Positions 18,174-33,974 of a stretch of 64,000 nt of DNA are shown piece by piece. Origin of the DNA: the human T2T-CHM13v2.0 reference genome, Homo sapiens. The number at the start of each line of letters is the position of its first letter. The stretch's first letter is position 1. The position numbers and the translations under genes were made by a program. Location of the stretch: the NCBI RefSeq assembly GCF_009914755.1, contig NC_060927.1; one strand, written 5' to 3'. The notes under the pieces were generated by a model that saw only the letters and a program-made list of their open reading frames with translations, did no database searches and was not told where the DNA came from.

Positions 18174-18662
18174 ATGGCGGGCGCCCCTCCCCCAGCCTCA
18201 CTGCCGCCTTGCAGTTTGACCTCAGACTGCTGTGCTAGCAATGAGCAAGACTCCGTGGGCATAGGACCCTCTGAGCCAGGCACAAGATATAATCTCCTGG
18301 TGCGCCGTTTACTAAGACCATTGGAAAAATGCAGTATTAGGGTGGGAGTGACCCAATTTTCCAGGTGCCATCTGTCACCCCTTTCTCTGACTAGGAAAGG
18401 GAACTCCCTGACCCCTTGTGCTTCCTGGGTGAGGCGATGCCTCGCCCTGCTTCAGCTCATGCTCAGTGCACTGCACTCACTGTCCTGCACCCACTGTCCG
18501 ACATTCCCCAGTGAGATGAACCCGGTACCTCAGTTGGAAATGCAGAAATCACTCGTCTTCTGCGTCACTCATGCTCAGAGCTGTAGACTGGAGCTGTTCC
18601 TATTCGGCCATCTTGGCTCCACCCCACAAATAATTTTTTTAAACAACCTAATGCAAAAGTAA
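18174..18662 (+). CDS. L1 antisense ORF0, extended to 162 aa and reading into flank (expression unknown)
   Basis: Starts MAGAPPPASLPPCSL(T)SDCCASN, the ORF0 N-terminus. gcaATGG Kozak context. Open to TAA at 18660-18662. Confidence 0.5.
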   Translation: MAGAPPPASLPPCSLTSDCCASNEQDSVGIGPSEPGTRYNLLVRRLLRPLEKCSIRVGVTQFSRCHLSPLSLTRKGNSLTPCASWVRRCLALLQLMLSALHSLSCTHCPTFPSEMNPVPQLEMQKSLVFCVTHAQSCRLELFLFGHLGSTPQIIFLNNLMQK

Positions 18663-18904
18663 TTTAATATTAAGCTACTTCTATCTCTAAAGAGGTGGAA
18701 TTACAAAATATTATTTTGTTTTTATTTAGAATGCCATATTTTTTTCAAAATATATATTTATTGCTTATATTACTGTATTTAAAAAAAATCACTCTTATCA
18801 AGTGTGTCAGATAGATTAGGGAGACCAGGGCATAAAGCCACTTTTATTCTTCTCAACCTGAAAATGTAAAGATCCATTTCAAGACACCAAGTAATTGATG
18901 TTAG

Positions 18905-19344
<440 letters not shown>

Positions 19345-20109
19345 GATTTTTCTACTGTCAACTTGAAAATAAGCATACTTAATGTCAGCATGGACCTGAT
19401 TTAGCCATGTAACATTTGGCTGCTGAAAAAGCATGATGATGTGTTTTTTGCTCCTGGTCATCTTCTGTCAATAGTTCTTTATTTTGTCCTAGTTTCATGT
19501 TGTAATTAATGGAATTATATTTGAAGAGCTCAAAATGAAATGCTTAATTATATTCAGCTGCAATTACAGTGATTAATTGATCCAAACTTATTAGCATGAC
19601 ACCTAAAGGAAACCAGTTATATAAAAATTGTAGGAGGCAATACTTTGAGTATGACACTCATGTGAGCTAGCTATCTAGATTAATTCTATTTTATTAAATT
19701 GTCTAAGTTTTACAGCTTCTGGAATTCATATTGGAAACCCAGGGTCTAGACTAAACTGTTATTTCATAAACAAGGACAAAAGAACCGAAAAAAGTAAATG
19801 AAATATTACAGACAGGAGTAGTTCTCCCTCAAATGAGATTATCTCATTATTTTGAAATTATTTATATGTTTCCCAGTTTGGATACATTGTCAGCTCCTGA
19901 TTATCCATGCCAAAGATAGCTTTAAATCTCCAAAAAGAGATTTTATCAAATCTATATGCATTTCCCAAATCCCAAGAAAATTATGAGTCATAGTTTAGAG
20001 CATAGACATCCTGTTTCAGTTAATGCTTTGTAGGGTCTAATCATCATGTATGGATGTGTTCAATCCCCTTGCTCTGGATGCTTTCACTGGACTGGGTATT
20101 AAAAAGCAA

Positions 20110-20820
20110 ATTCTTCAAACTCTGTACTTCCACCATGCCTGCCCACCTCATTTCTTTAATATGCCAACCTCCTTCTCATACTAATGTATTTTGTACATTT
20201 CTGCCTGGAATTTTTCTCGATCCTTAGGCTTTTCTTGTTTAATTCCTACCATCCTTCATAGCTCAGCTGAAATTATACTTTTTTTTTTTTTTTTGAAATG
20301 GAGTCTCACTCTGTAACCTAAGCTTGAGTGCAGTGGCGTGATCTTGGCTCACGCAAACTCCACCTCCTGGGTTCAAGCAGTTCTCTGCCTCAGCCTCTCA
20401 AGTAGCTGGTATTACAGGCACCCACAAGCATGCCTGGCTAATTTTTGTATTTTTTAGTAGAGATGGGGTTTTACCATCTTGGCCAGGCTGGTCTTGAACT
20501 CTTGACCTTTTGATCCACCCACCTTGGCCTTCCAAAGTGCTGGGATTACAGGAGTGAGCTACCGTGCCCGGCCTGAAATTATACTTTCCTGTAGAGGAAG
20601 TATAATTAGGTTATCATGTCACCCTCTTCTTTTCCATTATAAGTATTCTGCAGTCGTAGTGACACATTTATTTGTGACTGACTAATGCGTCTGACTTTTC
20701 CTTTACAATGGAAGTGCTACAGTATCAAGAGCTGCACATTTTCATTGACACTCTACATCCAGAATCCAACACAGAACACAGCACATTGAAAGTATTTTAT
20801 TAAATGTTCTTGAATGAGTG
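20110..20820 (+). mobile_element. L2 3' region interrupted by an Alu
   Basis: ctgcctggaat...cttcatagctcagctgaa...aaatgttcttgaatgagtg resembles the L2 3' end. Confidence 0.6.
20279..20573 (-). mobile_element. AluS
   Basis: Reverse Alu with TSD tgaaattatacttt (20268-20281 and 20574-20587). Confidence 0.95.
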
Positions 20821-20864
20821 GAATTTTCATTTTTCTAATATCTTTTAGCAGTATGTTTGATCGA

Positions 20865-21175
<311 letters not shown>

Positions 21176-21320
21176 TCGACTTCTTTTTAGATAGAGTGCC
21201 CATTGTTGCTCCTTTTCATCCATCTAGTAGTTCTCCTTCTTTTGCAATTTGGTTAAATGATTATAACCAAACTTATTAAGCTTTATTTTATGTGTAAAAT
21301 TTTGAGAGAATCATCTTGAC

Positions 21321-21328
21321 TGTGTGTA

Positions 21329-21361
<33 letters not shown>

Positions 21362-21387
21362 GTATCTGTGTATATATATATATATAA

Positions 21388-21418
<31 letters not shown>

Positions 21419-21444
21419 CTGTGTGTGTGTATATATATATATGT
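21321..21444. repeat. Compound (TG)n/(TA)n microsatellite
   Basis: Alternating TG and TA blocks. Confidence 0.95.
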
Positions 21445-21479
21445 CACCTGAGTGCTTTCTTTTGGGGGTAAAGTATTTG

Positions 21480-21680
21480 ACTGAGACACTAAAGATTTGA
21501 ATTGTTGTTCTGCATTTTACTATTGACCATGGGCCTTAAGGAAGTCATTTAGCTCCTGTTAGCATCAGTTTGCTGATTTGTAAAATGGTTAAACAGTAGT
21601 ATTTGCCGTCTACAAGTCACAAAGCTATTGTGAAGATCAAATCACATATGACATTCAAAAATGCTTTGCAAATGTTAGCC
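21480..21680 (+). mobile_element. MIR
   Basis: aagtcatttagctcctg...catcagtttgctgatttgtaaaatgg...tattgtgaagatcaaat. Confidence 0.7.
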
Positions 21681-21852
21681 CTTTACTAATTTCAGTCCAT
21701 ATCAAAAATCCACATTGTGTAGAAAATTTGTAGATCTTTGAAATTACATAATCTTAAAAATATTTGTGAAATACGAGATGTAGATCTGAATTTCTTTAAG
21801 ACAAAGTTCTTTAGTAATATGGAAACAATGACATATCCAAGCAGAAGCATAG

Positions 21853-22213
<361 letters not shown>

Positions 22214-23718
22214 GAGAAAACATACTATAGCTTTTCACAGACAAATTGGCAACTTCTCCATACATAAAAATTACATTTTAACTGCAAATGAAAATATAGA
22301 CATACTAAGAGTAGGTAAAAAATTGATTATTAATTTAAAATTAATCATTTTAACTCAATGCTTTACATATATTAAAAAGTATTCATTTATATATGTCATT
22401 TTTTATACGAATAAAATATTTAAATATTATAATCTCTATTATTTTAATATAGTTCAATTAGATTCCTTGTGGAAATTATAAATGATTCTCTAAAAAAATA
22501 AAGTCATTATTCTGTCAAGATGATTAAATGGACATTTTCCTAATCTTCTAGTTGAACCATTGAGTCTTCCAGTGATGTATACTTAAAATCATGTAAGTTA
22601 TAAATAAACTTTCATGGTAGGTGTAACTAACTTCATCTGACTCATGAAGAGAGATTAGTATCTCTTTTATCATTTAGACGTTAATGAACTTTCAGTCCTA
22701 CGCAGCAAAGTTACCCATTCATCTTTTTGAAAAAAAGATGAATTATTGTTGAACTCACCTCCTAAGTATTGCTATGTTGTATAATAGTAGAAATAATAGT
22801 AGAATAATAGTAGAAACCATACTTTTTCTATTATAAAAAAATAGAGGAAATAGATTGGAAAATATAATCTGAATGAAGTCAAAGTTAGCATTGAGTGTTA
22901 AATACCATTGTCAGTGTCCTTTACATATGTAATGGTAAAGCTTTCCAATGCATCTTGGGTTGCGTGAGCTAAATACTTTTGGCAAGGAAAACATCAGTTA
23001 TATGAACACTGCAGACCCACATAGGCCTGGTGTACAGCTTTGTCTTTCCATGGCTCTAGTGGTTCATACCTCTGCTGCACTTGTTCTTGACTGGGCACCC
23101 TCTGCCAGTGCTGTGTGAGCTCCCCAATTCCTTGCTGTCCTTATGTGGTTCCGTAAGCTGACATTTCATCATTCAGACCAAGTAGATAGAAGGTGTTGCT
23201 TACTCTTTTAAAATGAGTTGTATAGGATTACATTGTTTTATTTGATAACCTTTTGGTAAATACAGCAGAAATACAACTTCAGCCAGTTTAAATTAAAAAG
23301 AGGCTTTTGTTTTAAAGCTAGTAAGGGTGACACTGATCGAATGTGAAAGAAGGAAGCAGAGGCTAATATTGGGATTCAGGCTCAATCCAGTCTTTTGTGT
23401 ATCTCATATCTACACCTCCCACAAATATTTGTTGTCCGCCCCCTCTTCTCTCTCTCTCTGTTTTGGTCTCTCCCTAGATTGATCTTCTTATATATCTTCT
23501 TGTCATGCATCTTACCTAGTGTTCCCCAAATGAAAATAACTCAATGACTATTCTACGTCAAGTGCCCATCCATTCACCAGTTCACCAAGATATGTAAAAA
23601 CTTGGCAGTTTGGAAAAGATCTATAAAATAACAATTCCCAAAAGAAGGGGATTTCTGTGAAGATACACAATAGTTGTCCAAAAAAATATGCTATATATTT
23701 GTTTTAAAAAATTGATAG

Positions 23719-24054
<336 letters not shown>

Positions 24055-27000
24055 CAATGGACTCTCAATACACTATCTTACTTTACCCTCCTGTCCAAAA
24101 GCACTAGGTGGAAAAGAGATGTTACATTTATTTTTAAAAGTTGAGATATAGATCATATCCAAAACCTGCTATAGAAATATACTACATTGTCAATATGAAT
24201 AATTAGGTATAGAGAATGGCACCTGCTTAAAATCCTTTAATCTCACTGATTTGGTGTGTGTTGTTTCCCCAGTGGGTTACATGTTACCGATAACCTGTCA
24301 GAATTTGAATATCGCAGAGGATTTTCAAAGTCAGAAGAACTGAGTAATAAGGAGATGAAAGACTTTTTCAGAAGACTTTTTTTTAAATGGAAACTTATTT
24401 TTAAATATAGAGGAATGTAAGAACTTGCAAGTAAGAGTGAATTGGTTTGCAAAGTAGATTCTGTTTTCCCTTCATGTGAGCTTTATTGGTTTATATTCTC
24501 TTCAAATTTTCTTCATGTCATTTGGAAACAACTGCTGTTCAAAAACTATATCTTCATATGCAAGCATTTACTATAAAACTTTTCTTTAATGTGTTTAAAG
24601 CATTTCTTTTTCACTTAAACATTTTTCCTTTATTTTAAGCTAGTGATAAGACAGAATGGTGATATGTCCATTTGCTTCATTTGATATGCACATTTGTTCT
24701 ATGGGAAAATGTGGTCTACTCCTAATTTCATTTTCGTTTCCTAAATAAGAAGACCCATTAAAAAGCAGACATCTGGTGTACAAAGCACTTAAAGCTGTAG
24801 CTCCCAAGGAGTGCTTTCTTCCCTCTTTAAATATGCATGAACTGTTGTTTTGGTAATCCACTTCACCCTGTCAAAATAGAATCAAATAGAATATATGTGT
24901 GACCTCTTCCCCTTCTATCCTGGGAAAATGAGTTTCAAGATCACTGAGGTGTACAGTATTCCGAAGCCTTCACTTTCCGTTTTATTCACCCTGAAAGCTC
25001 TTACAGTTACAGAAGCTTAAAGTTTAGCTGAAATCTACTTTAATAATAGCTACACTGTTTTAGTTATGAAGAATGACTCTATGAACTTTAAATATTTGAA
25101 TCATAAAGAATGAATGTAGACTTTCAAAAAATAGGCTTTGAAAGGAGTTTAAGAATATCTGTACCTTCATTGATTTTTTTATATCAGTTAGAGCTCAAGG
25201 TTTTTAATACAGTTACCTCAAAAATTCTGTGTGCAAAATAGTTACATTTAATGGATATTGAAACTAAATATGGTTAACTTATTTTCCTAGGAGAAGAGAA
25301 CAACTAAAACAGGCGCAATAAACATTTTTCTTTTTCAGTTGATGCACATTTAATGTCAGTTTGCTTCCTTGAAATTTAGACCCACATTCCCCAAGATTGA
25401 GTCCTGTAGAATATTAACTTTCCATATTCACCTACTCTGTTCCATGCAAAAGGATGACATGATCAAATGGTACATACCTTGCTTTCTCCTATAGATTCAT
25501 AATTGAAATTTGGATATTATACTTTCTAACAATGCTTTTAGTAAATATATCTGTGCTAGCTTGGTTCACCCAATTTGCCTAAGTATATTTAACACCTAAA
25601 CATTAAAGAAAAATCACTTTTGAAATCTGTGACCTAGATTATGTTTATGTGCAGATTATATCAGAAAATAGTACAAAACTTTATGAAGACAAGAGAAGTA
25701 TCTCATTTTTTCTTCCTTCTGGTTTGGATTGTTTATTTTAATAAAATTATATCAGTCTGATTTGGTTAGCTTGGAATATTGTTTTGTTATTGTTCTATAA
25801 GTAGCTGCATTATCCATAATAGTTCATATATATCTTATTTGTGTGTGTCATCCTCAATACTGTTCAAATATTTTAAGGGAGACAAATGGATACTTTTGCT
25901 TTTAGAATCTATTTACAAGTTTTATTCTTCTAAATTTCAGTAAATGAGTCTGTGCCACTTCTATGTTTTAAGGTATTTTTGGATTTAGAGTACTTCTAAC
26001 CAATGATCATGAAAGTAGTAGTCTATTAATTTTAAATCATATTTTCTAACATTGTCTATTAATGTGTTTTTGACAAATGTGATGCCTATGAGAAGACAGC
26101 TTCTTCACTAGAGGAAAGTAAAAGGAGTTTTTGAACCTTGATCCAAATCTCTGAATTTATTTACCATGTTGTCCCAATCGAAAGGCATTGAACATAGTTT
26201 TTCACAAGCCACAAATGTTTGAGTATCAGAGCTGAAAGATTGCCTAACTAAGTAAAATACAGTATTTACAGGATGCTTGGGGAAAAGATATCTGGCTAAT
26301 TTAAAATTATGCCAGTGATATTCTTTGCTTATCCATTTGTGACAAATCCTTATCAGCCTTAGAAAATGCACATAATAAAGTACAGAGAACAACATTTGCT
26401 TATTCTTTAAACTTATAGTCTTGTAATGCTGCAGTGCTATCACAACGGGTATTAATGATCGTTGTATTTATTGTATATTTGAGTTAAATCCATATTAATC
26501 CTAGGGTTTATCTTAAAATTGTGTGTGTTTCTTTGTTTGTTTGTTTGATTTATTTGGAAGGTGTTTTTTGTTTTTGTTTTATTTTAGAACTAAACTCCTC
26601 AAATGACTTTATTTACTAGCTTGAGGTGTCTTTCTCCTAAAACAACAGAAAAAGTCATGATGAAGGGCTGGGCAGAAGAATCTTGATAGTTTGAATTTCA
26701 AAGCTACACAGATTATAGATAAGATATACTTTATGTTATTAGACATTTATTTTTCCCTAGATAAGACCGCTGATAGTGGATGATAAGACTGATGAATAAT
26801 ATTTGATTAGTCAAGTTTCCATCAAATATAGGAAAAGTTTTAAATTGTAGCTATAGGTTTAACATAAATAGCCAAATTTATCATTATATGATTTTTTTAC
26901 TTTTATTGTGAAAATTTTTAAACATAGAGTATTAGAAAAAAGTAGCATAATGATTGATACATAATCATGAGCTAGATATAATCATAAGTAATATTTTCCC

Positions 27001-28497
27001 ACAATTTTTATCTATCCCTCCTGTTCTTTACTGTGAAGTACATTAAAGCATTCATTTCACTGCTATATACTTCATTGTTCACAAAATATATACAGACCTC
27101 TTCCCACAAAATTATTAAAATTTATTGTAGGCACTTTGTTTTTTAAGTGGGAGATAAAAAATAATTGGAATTACTATGCTCATGTTGTTTCATTGTACTG
27201 AAAGCAAAAATGGATTTTTTTCAAAGATATTTCCTCCCATTTTACTTTTATTAATAGATTCTAATTCCGTCAACTTTGCGTAATATAGAATGATGAAAAA
27301 GCCCCTTTTCATTCCTTCTGATAGCTTTTGGATTCCATTGCTCAGAGAAAGCTTGTCTTCAACAATATGCTGGAATTGTGTGAAGTCTTGTTATTTTTTT
27401 TTCTCCCTGTTCTTCAAAGTACAATTTCTTGAATGTACCTGCAGCCGTGCATTATCAGGCAACCTATTTTATAAATTCCATAATAAATTAAATAAGCACC
27501 TCTGTGGGTCATTTTTGATTAACCTGATTTAAAATAAAATGATTTACTAAAGATTTAGAGGGAGGAAATACTATGTGCTTCTAAATCAATTCTATGCATA
27601 TTCACTGTCAAACAATTGCATGTAATAGTGTATTAAATACACTTAATAGTGTAAAAAAAGACTCACTGCAATTGAATTAACACTTGCAAGCTTATAATAA
27701 TGTTTAAAAGCCACAAACATTGAAGTAAAATTCATTTTTATCCAGAAATAGAATTTGTACATATGACTTCCTGCTATGGAGATTTTATCACAGGAAGATG
27801 TTCAAGATGTTTAATTTAGGACAGCATTTCTTCTAAGTTCAGATTATAAGGAGGAGCATTTTAATTAGAATAGTATCATGAGACTCATGTAAGCATATGA
27901 TATTACACATCGGTATTTTCCCTATAGTCTGGAACATTACTGGAATGAAAATTTAGAGATGCATTTTTACTTCTCCAGCACATGCAAGAAATAATACAAC
28001 ATGAATCCTTTTTTATTTTAGGAATGTTATACCCACAAAACATTGAAGTATGTTTTAAGTTAAGCAAACAACAAGTTTTGACCAAGAAAATTAGAAAATT
28101 AAGGTTTTCTTAGAAAACAAACAAAATTATGGCAAGAAATTACTGTCCTAGTAAAATAAGATGACCCTATATGGACCGTTGTACGTGAATATTTATGTCC
28201 TTTTTTTTTTCAGTTTCACGTATATTCTTTAATGAACACGAGAATACAGTTTTAGTTTTCATTTGATGGCAGTTTTCTTCACTCTCCATTTCTTCACCAC
28301 CTCCTCCTATTTTCTTCCCCTTTTTTCTGCTATTCCTCCACTCTTCATTACACCTACATGGCTTAGAGTTGCTGGTAGATTTTGGTGCCCATGCTAAAAT
28401 TTGAACAGAAGGAACAGTATAAAGATGAGCTGAAGTAAATCTTGAACACCTACTATTTTGCCTTCTTATATCATCTCAATTGACAAAGTCAAGATTG

Positions 28498-28835
28498 CAG
28501 ACTGCCTTGACTTATGATGGGGTTATGTCCTGATAAACTCAAGGTAAGCTGGAAATATTGTAAGTCAAAAAGGCATTTAATATACCTAACCTACCCAACA
28601 TCATAGCTTAGTCTATCTTAAACATGCTCAGAACACTTCCATTAGCCTGCAGTTGGGCAAAATCATCTCACACAAAGCCTACAATAAAGTGTTAAATATC
28701 TCATAAAATTTACCAAATACTGTACTGGAAAGTGAAAACCAGAACGGTTGTACAGGTGCTCAAATACAGTTGCTACTGAATATGTATTACTTTTGCACCA
28801 TTGTGAAGTCAAAAAATCATAAGTCGGTGACTGTG
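28498..28835 (+). mobile_element. MER47A-like Tigger-derived DNA transposon
   Basis: cag...ccttgacttatgatggggtta...aacatcatagcttag...cagttgggcaaaatcatct...ttttgcaccattgtgaagtc matches the remembered MER47 consensus. Confidence 0.8.
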
Positions 28836-30060
28836 CTCGGTTAAAAAGTAGTGGTTGCTGACCAACTTCATTTTTCTTTAACAGCTTCAATTGTGATGTC
28901 AAAGTAAATGTAACTTTTTTCAACAAATTTTTGTCCTTTAATACAACAAAAATGTTGCATCTTAAAAGCATTTTTTAATGAAAAGAATTTTAGGCTTACA
29001 ATTTTCTTGTAACAGTGGAAAATATAGGCTCTGATTTTCTTTTTTTTGTAGTGCACAAAGGTACCTTTTCTTAGTAGTTAAGTTGTTTTAACTACCTCAA
29101 AATATAAGTTAAAAAATAAAAGCAAGAAACATGGGCTAAAAATGATATTGCAGGTGGTCATAAACCGCAGTTAAAACATATGTCTTTAAAATATTCACAT
29201 AAGATTCAGACATAGCATTATACAACTTTTTCATTTTGCCTTTTACCTCCAATTCCATTTAGAACAATTAAGAAAAATACCTTCAACTATATTATTTTTA
29301 TGGCATAAATGAATTTGAACAAGATATTTCAAAAGGTAAATATTGAAAAAACTCTACTGCAATGCATTTTGACTCCTAAAATAGGATTGTGATAAAATAA
29401 TTAAATTTTGATATTTTAATGCACTTGAAGAAACACCCAGCACAGCCCATTTCTAAGGAAAGAACAAGTTAAGGATAACATAAAATGAAGTTGACTTTTT
29501 GTAAAGGTGATCTTTTCACTTTTAAAACAGCACTCAATGATTCTGCCAGAGACAGTGTCTACAAGTGAAAACTTGTTTGTATGTGATGGGTTTGACTGAC
29601 AGGTTGGATCAAGTTGAGGTGGGGAATTGGGGTGGACAAAGGAGAGGAAACAGGTTATGCTATTCACTCAAGTCAATCAAATAACCTGATTGTTCTTTCA
29701 ACTGCCTTACTCTGTCATTGACTGTCAAGTCAGTCAAAATAGTGAAACTAGTTTTCGCATGTATGCAGAGATTTATTTTATGACGCTATTACCTCACCCT
29801 TGTAAACACAGACATAACAAATATCTAAGTCCACATGTTGAAAATTATACACAAATATTGCAGATGTTTATGGGTGCAGAGGTATGTAGAAGAGAAAACA
29901 TGCTGAACTTAAAGCCAACACTGTAATTTCCTAATGTTTGACTTCCTATTTGACAGAGACTGATATAATTGATCAAGCATACACTAAGATGCTTCTTTAG
30001 AGAAACATTCAGCAGTATTTTTCTGTATTATAGTATCCAAACTAGTAATATTTACAGGAA

Positions 30061-30240
30061 TTTTATTTTTATTTTTGTTTCTTTTTTTGAGACAGAGGTT
30101 TGCTGTATCACCCAGGCTGGAGTGCAGTGGCATGATCACAGCTTAATGCAGCCTTGAACTCCCGGGCTCAAGGGATCCTCCCACCTCAGCCTCTGGAGTA
30201 GCTGGGACTACAGGCAAACACAAACACACAGCTAATTTTT
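30061..30240 (-). mobile_element. AluJ right monomer / FRAM
   Basis: Single reverse Alu monomer. ttacaggaat is repeated on both flanks. Confidence 0.85.
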
Positions 30241-30315
30241 CTATTTATTACAGGAATATTACAGAGAGTTTGCATTAAATAGCTCAGAAAACAAACAGAT
30301 ATTGTATTACATGCA

Positions 30316-30339
30316 CAAACACACACACACACACACACA
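30316..30339. repeat. (CA)n microsatellite
   Basis: CA run. Confidence 0.9.
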
Positions 30340-30365
30340 CCCTTTTTTTTTAATTTCAAAAATTA

Positions 30366-30654
30366 CTTTGCCCACTTTTTGATGTGGTTGTTTGTTTTTT
30401 TCTTGTAAATTTGTTTCAGTTCCCTGTTGAACAATGAGAACATATGGGCAGAGGGAGGGGAACATCACACACTGGGACCTGTCCACCTGTCCCAGGGTTG
30501 GGGAAAGGGGAGGGGTAGCATTAGGAGAAATACCTAATGTAGATGACCCGTTGATGGGTGCAGCAAACCAACATGGCACATGTATACCTATGTAACAAAC
30601 CTGCACGTTCTGCACATGTATCCCAGAACTTAAGTATAATAATAAAAAAAAAAC
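30366..30654 (+). mobile_element. Short L1PA (about L1PA7 age) 3' end with an inverted 5' piece
   Basis: 30366-30423 is antisense ORF2, similar to 13315-13367. 30427-30654 is sense 3'UTR ending ttaagtataataataaaaaaaaaa. Confidence 0.85.
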
Positions 30655-31304
30655 TTGCAAGATTAAAAAGAAAATCTTAACAAAATCCAAAAACACTAAA
30701 GTGAGTCAATAAGAAGACCCAATTATGTCTGATCTCTTGAAGTTACTCTGCTGAAATGCTCAAGTCCAGGTTAACCTCATCAATCTAAATGGATTAGCTT
30801 AATTCATTTAAACTTAGAAATAGTTGAACTACTCATTTTTAGGTCTCATGCAATTTACCTGTGTGACTCAACATCAAATCTGTCTGCTAGGTTCATTTGG
30901 CATGTTTTGTCCCTAAGATATCTGCCAAACCAATGCAATCAACCTCTCAGAAGCTTTTTTCATATTTAAGAACTGCTTTTAATTTCTAAGCCTTCGCCAT
31001 GGTTTCTGTCATGTATTTCTCACAAATGACAGCTACTGATATGGCAGCAGCTATTGGTTATTGGGAGGGAGATGGGACTCAATGTTATATAGCTATGTAT
31101 CGTTTTGAGATTATTATATGTACATTACCTAATTCTCTCTTCAGAAACATCCCGAGAGTATTATTACTACTATTACTATACTCCCCAGAGTAGTATTAAT
31201 ACTATACTATTAATAACAGTGTACTATAATGCTAATATTATTACTATACTATGAACAGATAAATCAGTGGAGGCTTAAGGACATTAAAGGAATGGACCAC
31301 ATTG

Positions 31305-31605
<301 letters not shown>

Positions 31606-32000
31606 CTAGCTCATCATGGTGACAGAATAGGAAGGGGAGACCAGTGCTTGCTGCAGTCTGGGGCACCGCCATTCTCTCCCTGTGCTGCCAATTTTTCTTC
31701 CTTCTAGGTGATATTTATTTCAACCCGTTGAAATCAAGAGGTTATTATTTTTACTGACAATTTATTATTGAGATTCCCTCCATGAAGAAAGATCAAGTTT
31801 TTACTTCAAAGGGATGGTAAAAAAATAAAAATTGTTTAACCATCCTTGTCTTAGGCTTGATGGTGAAAGTATAAATTAAAGTAAACTACTGTTTTATCTG
31901 GTGAATAAAAAGCTTGAGCTTTATTAAGTGATTTTCTCTTGGTATTGGGAAGTGTATCTTTTACTCTAGGGTTGTTACTTGAATCACCCATGCTAGACAG

Positions 32001-32288
32001 TTTTTTTTTTTGAGACAGAATCTCTCTGTCACCCAGGCTGGAGTGCAGTGGCATAAGCTCATCTCACTGCAGCCTGGATCTCCTATACTCAAGGGATCCT
32101 CCCACTTCAGCCTCCTGAGGAGCTGGGACTAAAGGCATGCACCACCTGGCTAATTTTGTTTCCTTTTTGTAGAGACAGGGTCTCACTATGTTGCCCAGAT
32201 TGATCTCTAACTCCAGAGCTCAAGGGATCCTCCTCCCTTGGCCTCCTAAATTGCTGGGATTACAGACGTGAGCCACCACACCTGGCTT
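32001..32288 (-). mobile_element. AluJ
   Basis: Reverse Alu with J-type gggatcctcccacttcagcc and gagacagggtctcactatg. Confidence 0.92.
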
Positions 32289-32986
32289 ACATAGCTTTTT
32301 TTAAATACAAGAGCAACAACAATAATATAAACGAAAGTTATTCTTCAAACGTAACATTAACCTAGATTTATTTGAAGCTGAAAGTGAATGCAATTGGGTG
32401 TGCCAAAGGCAATGTGGGAAAAACAATTAATTCCTTTTTGTTAGAATTGGACATATGTATTCGCACCAAATGGAACCATTGTTAGGGCATATTACTTTTC
32501 TATTAGTTTACTTTTCTATTAGAATCATTCAAGCAAATCTCAAAGTTTTTATCTGAAAATTGTTTTGTTTCAAATTTCTTTAATGAAAATACTGTAAGGT
32601 TGGCTTCCACATTAACTACACGGAAACTAAAGTTACTAGAAAAGACAGGTTAGTTATTAAATTGAGAAAGACATTGAACACTTGATGGTAAGGAATTATG
32701 CAAACAAGATCCGGGTTTTCCTAAAATTAGACTTTTTTAATGCAAAATTACTCTTTTGCGATCTTTTTATGAAAATAATTAACTTAGCCTTTAGCGTATC
32801 TAGATTTTGATTTTATGCATTATTTTTAGCAAGTTTCTAAGATACTACCTTCATAGGCAAATTGATTTTTAGTTAAAAAAGAAAACAATTTGTGTGATTG
32901 AACATGTGCTTGGAAGTTAGTAAAAAGAAAAATATTGCTTTATTTAGAACTGGGATCTACTTTCTCACTAGTTAAGAATCCTTCTA

Positions 32987-33298
<312 letters not shown>

Positions 33299-33974
33299 CT
33301 AAAAGACACTAAGCTAAAATAAAAGCCTCATATTATCTTAAAAAGTGGGGAAGGATACACACTTAGGACCCCTGATGAGGTCCCCTTATCCTTTATTGGG
33401 TGCTTTAATTATATGCCTTACTTTATTCTTTGAGTTTTTAAAACCTCACCTCCTACTTTACTAAGAAAATAGAGGTGGCCACGCTGGAATCTTTTTTCAC
33501 CTGTAAGTTCTTAATACATTACATTATTATTTTTTTTCCTTAAAATCTCAGGACAGACTTGACTCTACTGTTTTACCCCGCCGAAAATCCCGAATTGGTG
33601 TTTCTATTTCTCATCCTGTCAGCCTTCTCTGGAGTGTTATTTTGTCGTTTTTGACTTTGATACCTCTATTTGTTTTCTCTCCACGGATTCTTTGTCTCCA
33701 CTCACAATCTTTGATCAGCAAAAAGTAGATTATTCCAGTCTTTTAAATTTTAAGAATCTGGCCTCTATCCTTGAGGCTCTACTGAAACCACTCTCTCCAA
33801 CGTCCTTTAATGTTTTACCCAGTCCTTGTTTTCTGTAGCTTTCAAATTATTGACTATCCTGTCATCTTTGGATATTTTTCTTTCTTTGAATTCAGTAATA
33901 TTATACACTCTAGGTTCTCTTCCTATCATCAACTTTGCTGTATTGTTTCTTCTTGCCGAAATTCCATTTCTTTT

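Noticed and set aside
24301-24456. About 50 open codons after ctgtcag (EFEYRRGFSKSEELSNKEMK...)
   Set aside because: No polypyrimidine tract and no recognisable protein, so compatible with chance.
31140-31255. tactat-rich periodic tract
   Set aside because: A degenerate low-complexity repeat with no defined unit.
33365-33400. CTGATGAG flanked by ggacc/ggtcc as a hammerhead ribozyme core
   Set aside because: No stem II closed by GAAA and no stem III nearby.
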